This document shows, one piece after another, positions 63,310 to 64,000 of a DNA stretch of 64,000 nucleotides. Positions within the stretch are counted from its first letter, which is position 1. Each line of letters begins with the position of its first letter. Below the pieces are notes generated by a model that had not been told where the DNA came from, searched no databases, and worked only from the letters and a program-made list of their open reading frames with translations. The DNA is from Saccostrea cucullata. Taxonomy: Eukaryota. The DNA lies in the NCBI RefSeq assembly GCF_032062105.1, contig NW_026929387.1, forward strand, positions 62,001 through 126,000, in the 5' to 3' direction. The translations under genes were made by a program, and so were the position numbers.

Positions 63310-64000
63310 AGGAATATGAAACATGTGGAGATAACGAACAGTATATATTCTAGATCAAAAGTCCATTAAACAGTACGAAATAGGAGCAGAGCAAACGTGG
63401 ACCTCTAAAGCATCAGAAGTGGGATCAGGTGCCATGGAGGAGTGAGCATCCACTTTCGAACGGTCACACCCGCTCCTTGTCATGTTCAGGAAAAATCTGT
63501 AGAAAATTCAGTGTGCAAATAATGGCCTAACAATCAGAACGAAAAAAGTCAGTCTGCATTTGACTTAATGATAGATTGTATTTTCTGATAAGGTCATTGT
63601 ATCGACCATAAAACTTACGAAATGATGACTTTAAACAAGACTGTTGATTTTTCTTGTTTCATCAACATATTTGCCTAAAAACCTATCTCGTTTTAGAAAT
63701 TGTTTGTACGAACATGCTACATTGTGTATCGGATCAACTGAGAGATATAAACTCCGTGCGCATGTGGCAAGGGTAATGCTGCACAAGTAAGGGACGTTGA
63801 CGGTTGAAAAGTTAATCATTACATTTATCATAACAATTTGTTGTTAGATACCACTGATGCATTTTTCTAGTAAAATATCCAAATATGAAGCATGTGTCAG
63901 ACTCTGTGGTTTCTTTTATTTGAAGCTCACCGGGATATATTGTGTCGACATAATAACGGATTTACCCATTATTAATTTACAATACGTCGTCGATATATCT
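63310..64000 (-). mobile_element. Penelope-like retroelement fragment (RT C-terminus plus 3' motif), runs off the window end
   Basis: Reverse strand reads RYIDDV at the window end, then thumb remnants (NFSTVNVPYLCS), then the 3' motif GGGTGTGACCG...CACTCCTCCATGGCACCTGATCCCAC. Confidence 0.85.

Overview
AT-rich, intron-rich animal genomic DNA. The repeat families point to a bivalve, most likely an oyster (inference). The supplied unspliced ORF track is mostly noise, so I assembled two + strand genes by hand from splice sites and reading-frame phase. (1) A LIM-homeobox gene of the Lhx3/4 class: coding exons 6409-6583, 17465-17676, 23369-23680 and 23911-24281, first coding exon unresolved. (2) A 17-exon, ~595-aa gene at 49156-60934 encoding two tandem [EF-hand-like + nucleoside-deoxyribosyltransferase-like] modules, resembling Raw/OLRN-1. 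The rest is dense with repeats: 13 fragments of a Penelope-like retroelement with a C-terminal RT and a conserved structured 3' motif, two decayed mariner elements, Helentron-type elements carrying satellite arrays, a foldback element built from 21-bp repeats, several MITEs and a tRNA-derived SINE. One 2.5-kb element has CACGGTG termini and a 5-bp target duplication (Transib/RAG-like). The best leads are the duplicated EF-hand/NDT protein that keeps a putative catalytic Glu in both modules, the RSS-like transposon ends, the structured RNA at the retroelement 3' end, and a minisatellite made from a functional splice acceptor.
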